DNA from: Octopus sinensis | Lineage: Eukaryota | Reading direction: 5' to 3' | DNA: 64,000 bases | Assembly (NCBI RefSeq): GCF_006345805.1 | Contig: NC_043019.1 | Span: 26,039,360-26,103,359 of the forward strand | Shown: positions 22,450 through 35,329 of the stretch, in pieces | Numbering within the stretch: the stretch's first letter is position 1 | Layout of the letters: each line of letters opens with the position of its first letter | Notes under the pieces: generated by a model | Told to the model about the DNA's origin: nothing | Databases searched by the model: none | The model's input: the letters and a program-made list of their open reading frames with translations, nothing else | Translations under genes and position numbers: made by a program

Positions 22450-23923
22450 TGTTCAGCAACCCAAGTTAACTTAGATATATAATAAATAACAGTGACTTAT
22501 GTAGGGTAACTAACCACAATATACATTATACCAATGGCTACCTGACAACATTCACACATGATAATTAAGAGGTACAACTAGATATAGGAAAAAAGTATTA
22601 TTCTGTTTGTCCTGGATGAACCTCGTCAAAAAAAAAGAAAAAATAGGTAACCACTCCCATTTTTCAAATGAATGATTAAGGCTAATACAAGAAATTCCTC
22701 GACTTCGACTTCATGGCTGAGTATGCAGGTAACAGTTTCAGGTAAAGGTTTCAGGTAACAGTCTCCAGCAACACAAAACATTTACTCACCTGCCTTCCAT
22801 GACCCTCCCTCAAAATTATCAGTACTTTCACTTCCTTGATATCACTAATGAGCTTACAGTTTTCTGAACCCTAAAACTAGGGGAGTTTTAAGGGCCAATT
22901 GTAGCTTTGATTTGCTGGTATGAAGCAGATAGACGCTGTCTCAAATTCCTGTGTGTCTCACTATTTCGTGTCAGTCATTAGAATGGAGCACTGCCTTGAT
23001 GAATTCTAGTCAATCATATTAACCCCCATTTACTTAGTTTTATAAGTTTGGTACTTACTTTATCAATCTTTTTTGCCAAACTGCTATGTTGCAGAACATG
23101 GCCACAGAGCACTGTTTTTCAAACAAAGGATAGACTTAGAAACCAACAGAAAAACACACAGACATAAAGCCTGTTGAATATCTATATCCCACCTGTAAGG
23201 TGGAGGGCCAGCAGGATCATTAGCACCCAGGGTAAAATGCTGCAAAGCATTTCATTCAGCTTTATGTTTTGAGTTCAAATTCTGCTAAGGTTAACTTTGC
23301 CTTTCATTTTTTCGGGGTCGACTTTGCATTTTATCCTTGTGCCTTCACAAAAGAAAAAAGATTATGAATTTTATAACTTAGGGAGGAAAATTTTTCCTTT
23401 TTGGTTAAGAAGCTCAATGACAGGTATAGACATGTTTCATTCTTACTTGAGCTCATCAACATAATATGAACTTTGCTAACATTGGTGGCTTTAATCAATC
23501 AACAGAAGATCTCTGTGAGCAGAAGAAAGAATTACGTAGTAACCTAGATTAGAAACCGGAGCCATTCCATCTCTATGACTTAGTGACTAGTTGATGTCAC
23601 CTATGTAGGTTATATTTAATTAGTAAAATGAGAATACAAATGTCAAGCTATGTTAAACGAGTATTTCAGGTAGGTGTAATAAAATGCTCTGCAGAAAACA
23701 GCTGTGACCATGGAGGTGAGATAATCTATACACACACACACACATACCCATTCCATCTTGGGAAACTTATCTATTTTAAATATGGGTATATATGTATATA
23801 TATATCATCATCATTATATATATATATAATGTAATGTATGTATGCATATATATATATATATATGTATAATGTGTATATATATATATATATATATATAATG
23901 TGTGTGTATATATATATATATAT

Positions 23924-23989
<66 letters not shown>

Positions 23990-23990
<1 letters not shown>

Positions 23991-24200
23991 CTAGTATTAT
24001 AACCCGATTTCATTCGGGTCTATTTGGGCCACATTTTAAAGATGAAGAATTTTGCTTTTGAGGCCACGGTTTTCAATTGAGCAAACTCAAAGTTGCCATG
24101 CAAACTCCCCAGCACTTTTAACATAGGTGTGCAAATTTTCAGGTCAATTCAACCACATTTACTAACACTTGTGCCTGCACAACTGCTTGTGAGACAACAT
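23990..24200 (-). mobile_element. Helitron-like terminus in a (GATA)n tract
   Basis: Minus: CCCGA-ATGAAA-TCGGG hairpin 8 nt before CTAG|T. Confidence 0.55.
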
Positions 24201-24539
24201 CCGCCCTTTCCACAAATAAATAATAGATAGATACATATATAATGTATGTATATATGTATGTAGGTATGTATGTATGCATATATATATATATATGTGTATA
24301 TACATATATAATTCAAAGAGAGTTAGAGGTCGCGAATCCAACCAAGGGATAATATCTATCCAATATACTGCTGGTAGAAACTGCTCTTCTCTCTCTATTC
24401 TTGAAATTACTGGTACTTTACACATGTATGTATATTCTCAGGGTTGTTTAAAATAAATAAATAGATACAATATAATGTCTAACAGCTGATGAATACTACT
24501 TCTGGATTCCTTTCATTTTCTTCTTGCCATAATATATAT

Positions 24540-24588
<49 letters not shown>

Positions 24589-24888
24589 TACATACATACA
24601 TACATATATATACAACATGATAATGATTTTTTTTTAAGTGGAACACCAGCTATCGAGACAACTCCCTGTCATTATATAAATATGAATAAAAACAAATCTA
24701 AAATCGAAATTTGTTTTAACAAAGTTAAAAGTAGGTTATATCGGTAAACTTCCACGTTTTAGAAAGAAGGAGAGGAGGGGGAGATGTATTACAAGAGGTG
24801 TTGGAGGTGGAGGTGGGACAAAATGTTGAAGTTTCAACATGCTTTAGAAGAGTCATGTGACAGGCCTATTATCAAAAACATTCATAAT

Positions 24889-25004
24889 GAAGGTACTAGG
24901 AATGATGGTACTAGAAAAGTGGGTACTAAGAATGATGGTACTAGAAAAGTGGGTACTAGGAATGATGTTACTAGAAAAGAAGGTACAACCATAAACGGTA
25001 CAAC
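24889..25004. repeat. 15-bp subunit / 30-bp higher-order tandem repeat (GGTACTAG..)
   Basis: ggtactaggaatgat alternates with ggtactagaaaagtg; decays into ggtacaac. Confidence 0.85.
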
Positions 25005-26733
25005 AACTAAACTTGAGTTACAGTTTATCACTTGATTTTCATGGAATCCATTCGTATTATATTTTCATTTTTGTTTCTTCAAAATTGGTCTGCAACTAGA
25101 ATCTTCAAAGTAAGAATATTTTCAAATTATTCAAAAAATAAAAAATCCTTATATAATACTTCCAAATGTTGTTAACAGACCAGAATGTCACATCAGGCAT
25201 TTCTGTATTTTCTTTGAGTGCAGAAAGACTCAAGAACTGATAAAAGTCTTCATGTCCCAAATTTCATATTTGAACATAAAAAAGCTTTGAAACAAATTTA
25301 CAAAGAGGTGCTGAAGAATTCTTGGCTTTAAAGGTATTGCGAAAGGCCTGGTTGGAGGCCCAACCTTCTGAGTATTTTTTGCAGGGCTTTTAAAAACTGA
25401 AGGACTGCTGCAATAAGCAGGGAGGACCATAATTAACTGATCCTCCTATATTTTCTTTTGCCCAAAGCCAGAAACTTTCAGCACACCTTAATCAAATTCA
25501 CAATTATTTTCGAAGCGGAAAACTCATTAAACCTGAAATATAAATCTAACATATAAAATTAGTCACTTTTAAACTTCTTCCTGTTGTCTCACAAGAAAAA
25601 ATCTTGGTTTCAAAGAATTATGACATTTCCACAAAAATAAACTATAAAAGTGAATCTGTTTAGCATCATTCACCAACCGGCAAACTTCAGAGCAGAACAG
25701 CAAGCAATGAAATGTTTTTGTTGTTCAGTTCATACAACTGACTAAACCAAGCAATCAGTCATTTAGAGTAGTGATCCCCAATATTTTTTTGTTCACCACA
25801 GAGTGGTTTCATGCAAAACTATTTTTCCACAGCACAGACCAAAGGGCCACACGCATAATAAAGCACAATAAAGTGCATAATATATAATTTAATTATTACA
25901 TATATAATAGTAGCTTGCTAACGAACCACATGGTTCCAGGTTCAGTCCCACTGTGTGGCACCTTGGGCAAGTGTCTTCTACTATAGCCTCAGGCCGACCA
26001 AAGCCTTGTGAGTGGATTTGGTAGATGGAAACTGAAAGAAGCTCGTCATGTATATATATATATATATATACATACATACACACACACATATATACATATG
26101 TATATATGGTATGTGTGTAGATGTTTGTCCCCCCAACAACGCATAATAACTGATGCCAGTGTGTTTACATCCCCGTAACTTAGCGGTTCAGCAAAAGGGA
26201 CCAATAAAATAAGTACTAAGCTTACAGAAAATAAGTCCTATGGTCGATTTGCACAACTAAAGGCAGTGCCCCAGCATGGCTGTAGTCAAATGACTGAAAC
26301 AAATAAAAGAATAAAAGAATAAAAAAGAATAACATTTGGAATATAAATTGACAGAATTTTGGTGGCAGAAGGTTTTTAATTTTGGTCACTTTAAAATGGA
26401 ATTTGTTTCAAAGAACTAGGCGTGGCCACAGGTGGGTTGGTTTCAGAAGGGTTCTTTTGCATTTATGACCAAATGCCTGGCAGATAAGTCTTGAACTATT
26501 TTCTCTTCTGTTATAAGCCAAACCTGAGCTAATGGTAAAGTTTAATCCCTGTGTAGATGACAGGAAGGTCAGAGTCCTGAGTATAACAAAACAAAAAGAA
26601 ATAAGGATGCCACCATGAAAAACAGCTGCTTGTTTTTGAATGAAAATAATTTATTGAGAACGGTCTTGTCGAATGAATTTGAACCATCAATGTTTTAGAT
26701 TGAATATCCCTATATGTAATAATTAAATTATAC

Positions 26734-27121
26734 AGGAGTGGCTGTGTGGTAAGTAGCTTGCTAACCAACCACATGGTTCCGGGTTCAGTCCCACTGTGTG
26801 GCATCTTGGGCAAGTGTCTTCTACTATAGCCCCGGGCCGACCAATGCCTTGTGAGTGGATTTGGTAGACGGAAACTGAAAGAAGCCTGTCGTATATGTGT
26901 GTATGTGTTTGTGTGTGTGTGTTTGTCCCCCTAGCATTGCTTGACAACCGATGCTGGTGTGTTTACGTCCCCGTCACTTAGCAGTTCGGCAAAAGAGACC
27001 GATAGAATAAGTAAGTACTGGGCTTACAAAGAATAAGTCCCGGGGTTGATTTGCTCGACTAAAGGCGGTGCTCCAGCATGGCCGCAGTCAAATGACTGAA
27101 ACAAGTAAAAGAGTAAAGAGT
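26734..27121 (+). mobile_element. tRNA-derived SINE family A, full length
   Basis: A/B-box-like head (ggagtggctgtgtggtaag..ggttcagtcccac), internal microsatellite, tail ending aagtaaaagag. Further + copies at about 8694, 19183, 25905, 39950, 50606 and 57881. Confidence 0.9.
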
Positions 27122-28777
27122 ACTACTACTGCACTCCAAGTCAAAAATTATACAAAAACTGAGCTGACCCAAACAATGAACTATACAAAGCATGTGTCAT
27201 TACAAAAAGCATGAATATGCTCTTACTGGGAGGCTCCTCCACTCACTTTAGTAAATTGCTTTATAAACTTGACTCATTTCTCATTACTAAGTGACCCGCC
27301 TTTCAACAAGACACAACAGCAGAGTTGATTCACCCTGCTGCAGTCAAAACTGTGCAGTCCTTGGAATATTACAGAACGCATCTTCCACAACCTTGCACGT
27401 TTTCTCCATTGATCATTTGCATTTCTGCACAAAGGCATTTTATTGATTAGGTTCGTCGACTGATTGTACAACACAGTACATTAGAACATTACCATTAGCT
27501 GATAAGATCGATTCTTCACCAGTACAATGTGACTTTCTAGATTTGGCAGTCAGTACCGAAGTTTTTTTGGGGTGTTTTTTTTTTTTTTTGAAGACTCATG
27601 TAACCCTTCAATTTAATTTTATTGATGCAGATAAAAACAAACTCAACAATGTTGGCTGTTTGTAAAATTGGCCTCAAAGTGCCAGAAAATAAAATAAATC
27701 GTCTTGTCAGCAAGATTTTTTTTGGTCTTTTTTGGCAAGTACTTTTCCAATCTTAAAAGTTTCAAAGATTCTTTTGAAAGAAATTGGTAGTAAATCAGAC
27801 ACATTGGTAATAGCATCTTTGTAGATGATGTAAAAAAAAAACTGTTCAATGCTATAGTGCCGACATTTTTTCTTTGGTTCTGCCATAAAAACTATATTAT
27901 AATGGATATATTATTATTATTATTATCATTATTAAGAAGGCAGTGATTTGGCAGAATCGTTAGCACACCAGGTAAAATGCTTAGCGGCAGTTTGTCCGTC
28001 TTTATGTTCTGAGTTCAAATTCTGCCGAGATCCGCTTTGCCTTTCGTCCTTTCAGGGTTGGTAAAATAGATACCAGTTGAGTTCTGGGGTTGATGTAATC
28101 AACTTGCTCCCCTCACCAAAAATTTTAGGCCTTGTGCTTATCGTACAAAGAATTATTATCATTATTATTGAAATGACAAGCAGGCAAAATCATTAGCACA
28201 CTTGATGAAATGCTTAGCAGTATTTTGCCCATTGCTACGTTCTGAGTTCAAATTCCACCATGGTCATCCTTTCAAGGTCGATAAATTAAGTACCAGGGAA
28301 ACACTGGGGGTCCATGTAATCAGCGGTAGTGGCAGTGGTGGCGTCTCCTAAGTCAAGGAGATAAAATAAGTGCCAGTTGAGCACCAGACTTGATGTATTT
28401 AATTAGAACCCCTTCCCCAAAATTTCAGGCCCTGCACCTATAGTAAAAAGGTTTACTCTTACTATTTGCTTTGTTTTACACTGTTTATTAAATAAGATTA
28501 TGTCACTATTGTGCAGAATGCAGTTTTACAAACAACTACTAATTGCATTCATTGCCCCTTTGCTCCCTTCACCATCTCTTACCTTTCATCATCTCCCCTC
28601 ATCAACCCTTGGTTTTCCAATCCTCCCCTGCAACTCCCTACTTTCACAAATGCCCCTCTTGATTCTTCCCTGTCCTCAAGGTGTGGTGGCACCCACTTTA
28701 GAAATCACTGTTGTAAAAGAGACAACTCAGTTAATTAGCAGAACTTGTGGTATTTCATTTAGATATATTAATTAGAT

Positions 28778-29060
28778 GAGACTCGTCATTTTAGCTGGGA
28801 CTCGTCATTTTAGCTGAGGCTCCTCATTTTAGCTGGGACTCGTCATTTTAGCTGGGACTCGTCATTTCAGCTGGGACTCGTCATTTTAGCTGGGACACAT
28901 CATTTTAGCTGAGACTCATCATTTTAGCTGGGACTCGTCATTTTAGCTGGGACTCGTCATTTTTAGCTGGGACTCGTCATTTTAGCTGAGACTCGTCATT
29001 TTAGCTGGGACTCGTCATTTTAGCTGGGACTCGTCATTTTTAGCTGGGACTCATCATTTT
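28778..29060. repeat. Minisatellite, 19-bp unit GGGACTCGTCATTTTAGCT x15
   Basis: Counted directly; no spacers. Confidence 0.97.
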
Positions 29061-31569
29061 TTGGACCATTTTTACATTTTAGGATGAAATTTTTCCAGAA
29101 AATTTTGTTTTTAAAAATCTGCTGCTCAAATACGAGCAAATTTACATAGTAAATACACCTTTTCCTCGACTTACTGACAGGTCGTAAGTCAATCTGCATT
29201 GCCAGATGCTGCCATAGTTATACAGACAGCTACCCAACGTCTGAAAATCGATTTTTTATCTATTTATCTAAGTCCTTATTTTTTGTGGTGATAAAGTGCA
29301 GATGGTTGTAAGTTGCATGGGTCCTAAGTCAAGGAGAAGGTGTAACGCATTTGATTTGTTTATGGAATTGAGAAATTTGGTGGGAGAATATGATACCCAA
29401 TGTGTTTCATTACATTTTGTTTTGATGTTTGATTTCCATGCTTGCAGAAGGCTTGACAAAGAAACAGACATTTTCAACAGCCATTTTCCCTTCCTGTTAC
29501 CAACCCTCACCTTTTGTTTCTAAGCTTGATCTCTCAAACAACTGCCCAGGCATACTTTTGTTGAGAACTGCAGAGTAATGAAACTGTTTGTATAAAAGGC
29601 CATGTTTTGTTTACAACTGTGTGTACATGTCAAGACAAAAGATAATATATACACAGTGACACACACACACACACACCCACACACATTAAATCACAAATTA
29701 AAAGCAGCCCTAGTAATGCAAATGCTATCGGTCACACATACATAGAGTGTGTTTTGTTTATATGCCAAATTTGCTGCAGGATAGTGTCTGGGAAAAGTTC
29801 CCCAAACAATGCCAAGTGTTATAGAACACCTGAATACCATAGGCCAGGCAAGACAACTTGCCTTGGAATCACTGAGAATGGCAGATATCAATATTTTGCT
29901 ATTATTGTGGTTTATCAATATCATGTACCCAGATGGGCCCCTTCTATTTTCTCAGTACCAAATTTCACTTAGCTCATATGTCATTGGTCACCTTACATTA
30001 ACCGACAGCATCCATACAGTGAGACAAAACCCCTAAGAATTTATGCATCACGTTTTTAAAATACAAGGATTTAAAATCATTAAAAAATCCCTTTTTTGCC
30101 AAATTGCAGGGTTTTTTTGTTTTGTTTTGTTTTTTTTGTTATGGCAGATTTTTCATCGTTTAGGGTAAATTGTGGTAATTCCAGAATGCAAACATGTGGC
30201 CTTGTATTGTCATTAAAAGTTTGATGAGTTATTATAGAGGAGACACTTGGCCACCCTAAAGCCACTGGTTGTAATAGTTTTACTCTCATTAACTCGAATA
30301 ACTTCTATAACCTGGTTATACTATTCTGATACCCACCCCCTAAGTTGCCCCTCTCAAGTACAGCTTCTTTAAGAACTTATACTTATGCATTTGTGCATAT
30401 ATTTATTTCTAAATACTTGTCATTGACTTGTTCTGGGTTTACATAACTTTGGGACCATTGGCTGCCTCCATGTGTACACACACGTACACACAGGTGTATG
30501 TAGGTGTGTGTGTGCGCGTTTGTGTATGTGTGTGTATATATATATACCTTTAAAGGTATATATGATTAACTACATAATCTAATGTGTCCTCTATTTATAA
30601 CAATTGGATGTAATCTAAGAATTTGGCTGCTATTGCTAGCAGATCAGATGATCAGGTAGAGGTTCCTTCGTTAGCTCAGGTGACTGTGGGTTTTCATATC
30701 TGACATACCTTAATACACAAGCCTTGTGTACTCATCGCAAACTTTCGTGCCATGTGTCTGCTCAAACACAATTGATCAATATAGTTCAATAACTTGAATA
30801 AGTAGTAATGGTGGAAAGGAGGTGGAATGATTAAGAGTGGTGGTGAGAGGACTGAATACTGACTCAATGTTATTGATCATTAAACAGGTGGTGTGGCAGA
30901 GTGGATAAGAAACAAGATAAGTGATAGGGGAGTGGTCCCATGTAGCCCACTCCTCAAAAAAAACGGTTCCCCAAGCCTAGTTTACTCTGTACAACACTTC
31001 TATCTGCTCCCTTCCCTTTTCTATATATCAAGCACAACCATTTCCCTCACAGTTGCAGGATCCTATATTCTTTCTTATTAACTAAAATCTTAATCATTAA
31101 TCTTTAATCTGTCCTATTAAAACTTTAAGTATTTGTTAAGATTATTTTGAGGCCACCCAATTCTTGGTTTCATTTTCATGTTTGGAAATTGCCTAAATCT
31201 TTTGACAGATTCGTCCAGAAGAACCAGGTCGTTAGCATGCCAAATTTACCATTGTCACCTAGTCTTTCCTTCCTCTGTTATGGTCTGGAAGTTCAATAAT
31301 AAACAGCAACAAAGTGAGAACTGAGCCTTGATGGATTTCTATTTACACCCCAAATTCCCTTCTGAACTTGTTACTGACTCTAAAACCATGCACTGGGATC
31401 TGTCATTTATTGACAGCAATCCACAGCATACTTAGATTATTGGGCCCTAAGACCAATGAGGCCCCCGGGCAAATCAATGCACTAGGTCCTATAGTATCTA
31501 ATTATAAACAGCAAACCTCAGCATACCAATATCATAACTGGGCCCTTTGACCCAAGAAGCCCCAGGGCA

Positions 31570-32030
31570 ACCACCAAGTGTGCCTGTACTCATGCCTTAA
31601 GGTGGCACTGGCTGACTCCCACCTTACTGACTGCACTCATCAATATGTATCTTAATGTTGTAAGCAGAGGTTTACTCCTAGCTAAAATTATTTCTTCTGA
31701 AGTCATCTCACAGGAAGATAACATTGTTATACCTCCTTCTGACACGAAGCCAAACTGCATCTCATCTAAGTTAATTCTGTTCACAATCAATAGTACTGTA
31801 GCTCTTTTAACTACTATAACCTGGTTATACTATTCTGATACCCACCCCCTAAAGTTGCCCCTCTCAAGTACAGTTTCTTTATACTTATGCATTTGTGCAT
31901 ATATTTATTTCTAAATACTTGTCATTGACTTGTTCTGGGTTTACATAACTTTGGGACCATTGGCTGCCCCATAAAACTTAAAGCAATTGAAAATTTATTG
32001 CACTCTTCCACTCCCCAAAATACCTATCCA
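31570..32030 (-). mobile_element. Degenerate RTE LINE RT fragment
   Basis: Minus: LERGNFRG ... INLDEMQFGFV; stops and frameshifts. Confidence 0.75.
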
Positions 32031-32056
32031 TGTGTACACACACACACAAGTGTGTG

Positions 32057-32126
<70 letters not shown>

Positions 32127-32135
32127 ATGTGTGTA

Positions 32136-32179
<44 letters not shown>

Positions 32180-32182
<3 letters not shown>

Positions 32183-32506
32183 GAGCACTCTGTCCTCTGT
32201 CAGTTACAACAATGAGGGTCCCAGCTGATACGATCAAAGGAACAGCTTACTCGTTAAATTAATGTCAAGTGGCTTAGCATTTCACAGACACATGTACCCT
32301 TAACATAGTTCTCAGAGAGATTCAGCATGACACAGAATGTGACAAGCTTGGCCCTTTTTGAAATACAGGTACTACTCATTTTTGCCAGCTGAGTGGACTA
32401 GAGCAACGTGAAATAAAATGTCTTGCTCAAGGACACAAAGCATTGCCGGGAATTGAACTCACAACTTTACGATCATGAGCAGAATGCCCTAACCACTAAG
32501 CCACAC
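32180..32506 (-). mobile_element. SINE family D (reverse)
   Basis: Reverse complement of 33932-34258. Confidence 0.85.
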
Positions 32507-33520
32507 TTATATATACACATGCACAAATGTCTATACAGATGTATATAAAAAAAGTGTATATTCAAAAGGTAATTTTTTATATATATCTGCACAGACTTTC
32601 TCACTGGTGATGCCTTTCCCAATAAATATATACATATATATATATGACAGGCTTCTTTCAGTTTCCGTCTACCAAATCCACTCACAAAGCTTTGGTTAGC
32701 CTGAGGCTACAGTAGAAGACACTTGCCGAAAGTCCCACGCAGTGGGACCGAATCCGGAACCATGTGGTTGGTAAGCAAGCTACTTACCTCACAGCCACTC
32801 CTGTGCCTTATATATAATATATATATATATATTATATATATATATATGTATGTATGTATGTATTAAGTATGTATGCATGTATTTGATATAGCAATATATG
32901 TATACATCATCATCATCATTTAACATTCACCTTCCATGCTGGCATGGGTGGGACAGTTACACAAGAGTCGGCCAGGCAGAAGCCTGCAGCAGACTTCTGT
33001 GACTGTTTTGGCAGGATTTTTACAGCTAGATGCCCTTCCTAACACCAACTATGCAGCAGAGTGGACTTGGTGCTTTTTACGTGGCACGAGCACAGGGGAG
33101 GTCAGTTTTGGCAAGGTTTTTACAGCTGGATGCCCCTCTGAACACCAGCCACTTTACAGTGTGGACTGCCTGCTTTTTAGTGACATCTGCACTGACAGGG
33201 TCACCAAGTACATGCAAGACAAAAAAAATACATATAAAAAATACATATAGAAATATACATATATACATGTGTGTGTGTGTGTAAGCCATTTCGGATAGAA
33301 AAAGTCAAAGGCTCAAAAGTTACCTGTAGGACATGAATCTACATCTCTTGTATGTATCTCTTGCCTTCAACACTTTCTATCCAAAGGATTTTTAACCTGG
33401 TGTTTACATGCTATTATTCACACCATTATGTGCTTCAAGATCCACTGTTTCAAAATATAATCATAAATATATATATATATATAGGTTCAGCAAAAATTTA
33501 GATTCGAAGAAAACCTCTAT

Positions 33521-33611
33521 AATTAGCTGATGAGTACTCAGCATCTTAAATCTGTTGTAATACTTATTACATTTAATAAAATGATGTAGTGTGAAACAAT
33601 TGTACCAAATT
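33521..33611 (+). ncRNA. Minimal type I hammerhead ribozyme motif, partly degenerate
   Basis: G-CUGAUGA-GUACU(..)AGUGU-GAAAC-AAUU-GU-A-C. Palindromic AAUU loop, GUA triplet; stem I weak. Confidence 0.55.
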
Positions 33612-33931
33612 ACCGGAGTCATTCTTGTTGCTTATTTTGATTATATATATATATATATATATATATATAGCATGGCTAGAGTTTTAGGATTGAAAGATGT
33701 AAAAGAATAGAGGGAGAGAGAGGGGCAGGCAGAGAGAGAGAGTCAGACACGACAGGATAGTTGGCACAACATACTTGAAATAGTATCAGTGGGGGGTGGC
33801 AGGTGATGAGGGTAGAGGAGAAGCGAGGTATGAATGAGAGAAGATAAAAGACGTAACAAACAGTAAGATAGACATCTTCATGCATATGCGCATTCACACA
33901 CACTCACACACAAATATATATATATATGGGT

Positions 33932-34255
33932 GAAGGCGCGTGGCTTAGTAGTTAGGGCATTCGGCTCATGATCGTAAGGTTGTGAGTTCGATTCCCGGCG
34001 ACGCGTTGTGTCCTTGAGCAAGACACTTTATTTCACGTTGCTCCAGTTCACTCAGCTGGCAAAAATGAGTTGTACTTGTATTTCAAAGGGTCAGCCTTGT
34101 CACTCTCTGTGTCACGCTGATTATCCCCGAGAACTACGTTAAGGGTACACGTGTCTGTGGAATGCTCAGCCATTTGCACGTTAATTCCACGAGCAAGCTG
34201 TTCCGTTGATCGTATCAGCTGGGACCCTCGTCGTCGTAACCGGCGGAGTCTTTCT

Positions 34256-34258
<3 letters not shown>
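33932..34258 (+). mobile_element. tRNA-derived SINE family D, full length
   Basis: ggcgcgtggcttagtagttaggg..gagttcgattccc (A and B boxes), then the gtgtccttgagcaagacac core; inverted copy at 32180-32506. Confidence 0.88.
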
Positions 34259-34298
<40 letters not shown>

Positions 34299-34314
34299 AT
34301 ATATATTATATAAT

Positions 34315-34366
<52 letters not shown>

Positions 34367-34556
34367 TCATTTTTTATTTTATTTTATCTAGTTTCAGCTC
34401 ACGAGCTGTGGCCATGCTGGGGCACCGCCATTTCGTGTTTGCTACATGATTTTACCTCACGAATGCTTTTCAACAATTGCCATTTGGTGCATGAGAGAGT
34501 TCGATGCAGCCACCCTCATCTGCACCTCCTGCCGTGAAGTTGGTTCATCCGGGATA

Positions 34557-34595
<39 letters not shown>

Positions 34596-34674
34596 CAACT
34601 ATAAATAAGGGTATCTGAGAGACACAACCATGCCGAAATAGCAGTTAAAGCCCTGACTCTAAGAACCAAATATA

Positions 34675-34722
<48 letters not shown>

Positions 34723-34738
34723 TATGTGTGTATGTATA

Positions 34739-34798
<60 letters not shown>

Positions 34799-34808
34799 TG
34801 TGTGTATG

Positions 34809-34856
<48 letters not shown>

Positions 34857-34894
34857 CACATATATGTGTGTATGTATATATATATATACATATA

Positions 34895-34929
<35 letters not shown>

Positions 34930-35329
34930 TACATGCATACATACACATACATGCATACATACACAGCCACATGTTTAAGTGTATTAAATATACACTTAAA
35001 ATAATATACAAAAACATATATCTCATCCAATCCCATATTATCTCTCTCTCACTACCCCCCCACACTCTCTCTCTCTCAGTGTGTGAAGGATATGCTTTCA
35101 AGGTGTGCTACAAATACACATCTACCTTGTTTATCTCCTTGCAAACCTCTTCCTTTACACCTTCATGCCTTGTTGCTATATATAGCACGCTGCCATTAAA
35201 ACAACATATGTCAAGTTTAACTAAAACTACCCCTGAAGAACACGCCCAACTTTCAGTGCAACATACATTGATAAGGTGCATCCATACGAGTGTGTGTGTG
35301 TGTGTGTGTGTGTATAGGGGAACTCTCAT

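Noticed and set aside
28778-29060. CRISPR-like array
   Set aside because: Contiguous 19-bp units with no spacers, no cas genes, eukaryotic context.
33932-34015. tRNA gene (also 56167-56240 and SINE A/B heads)
   Set aside because: A/B boxes are present but there is no complete acceptor stem, and each runs into a SINE body present in multiple copies.
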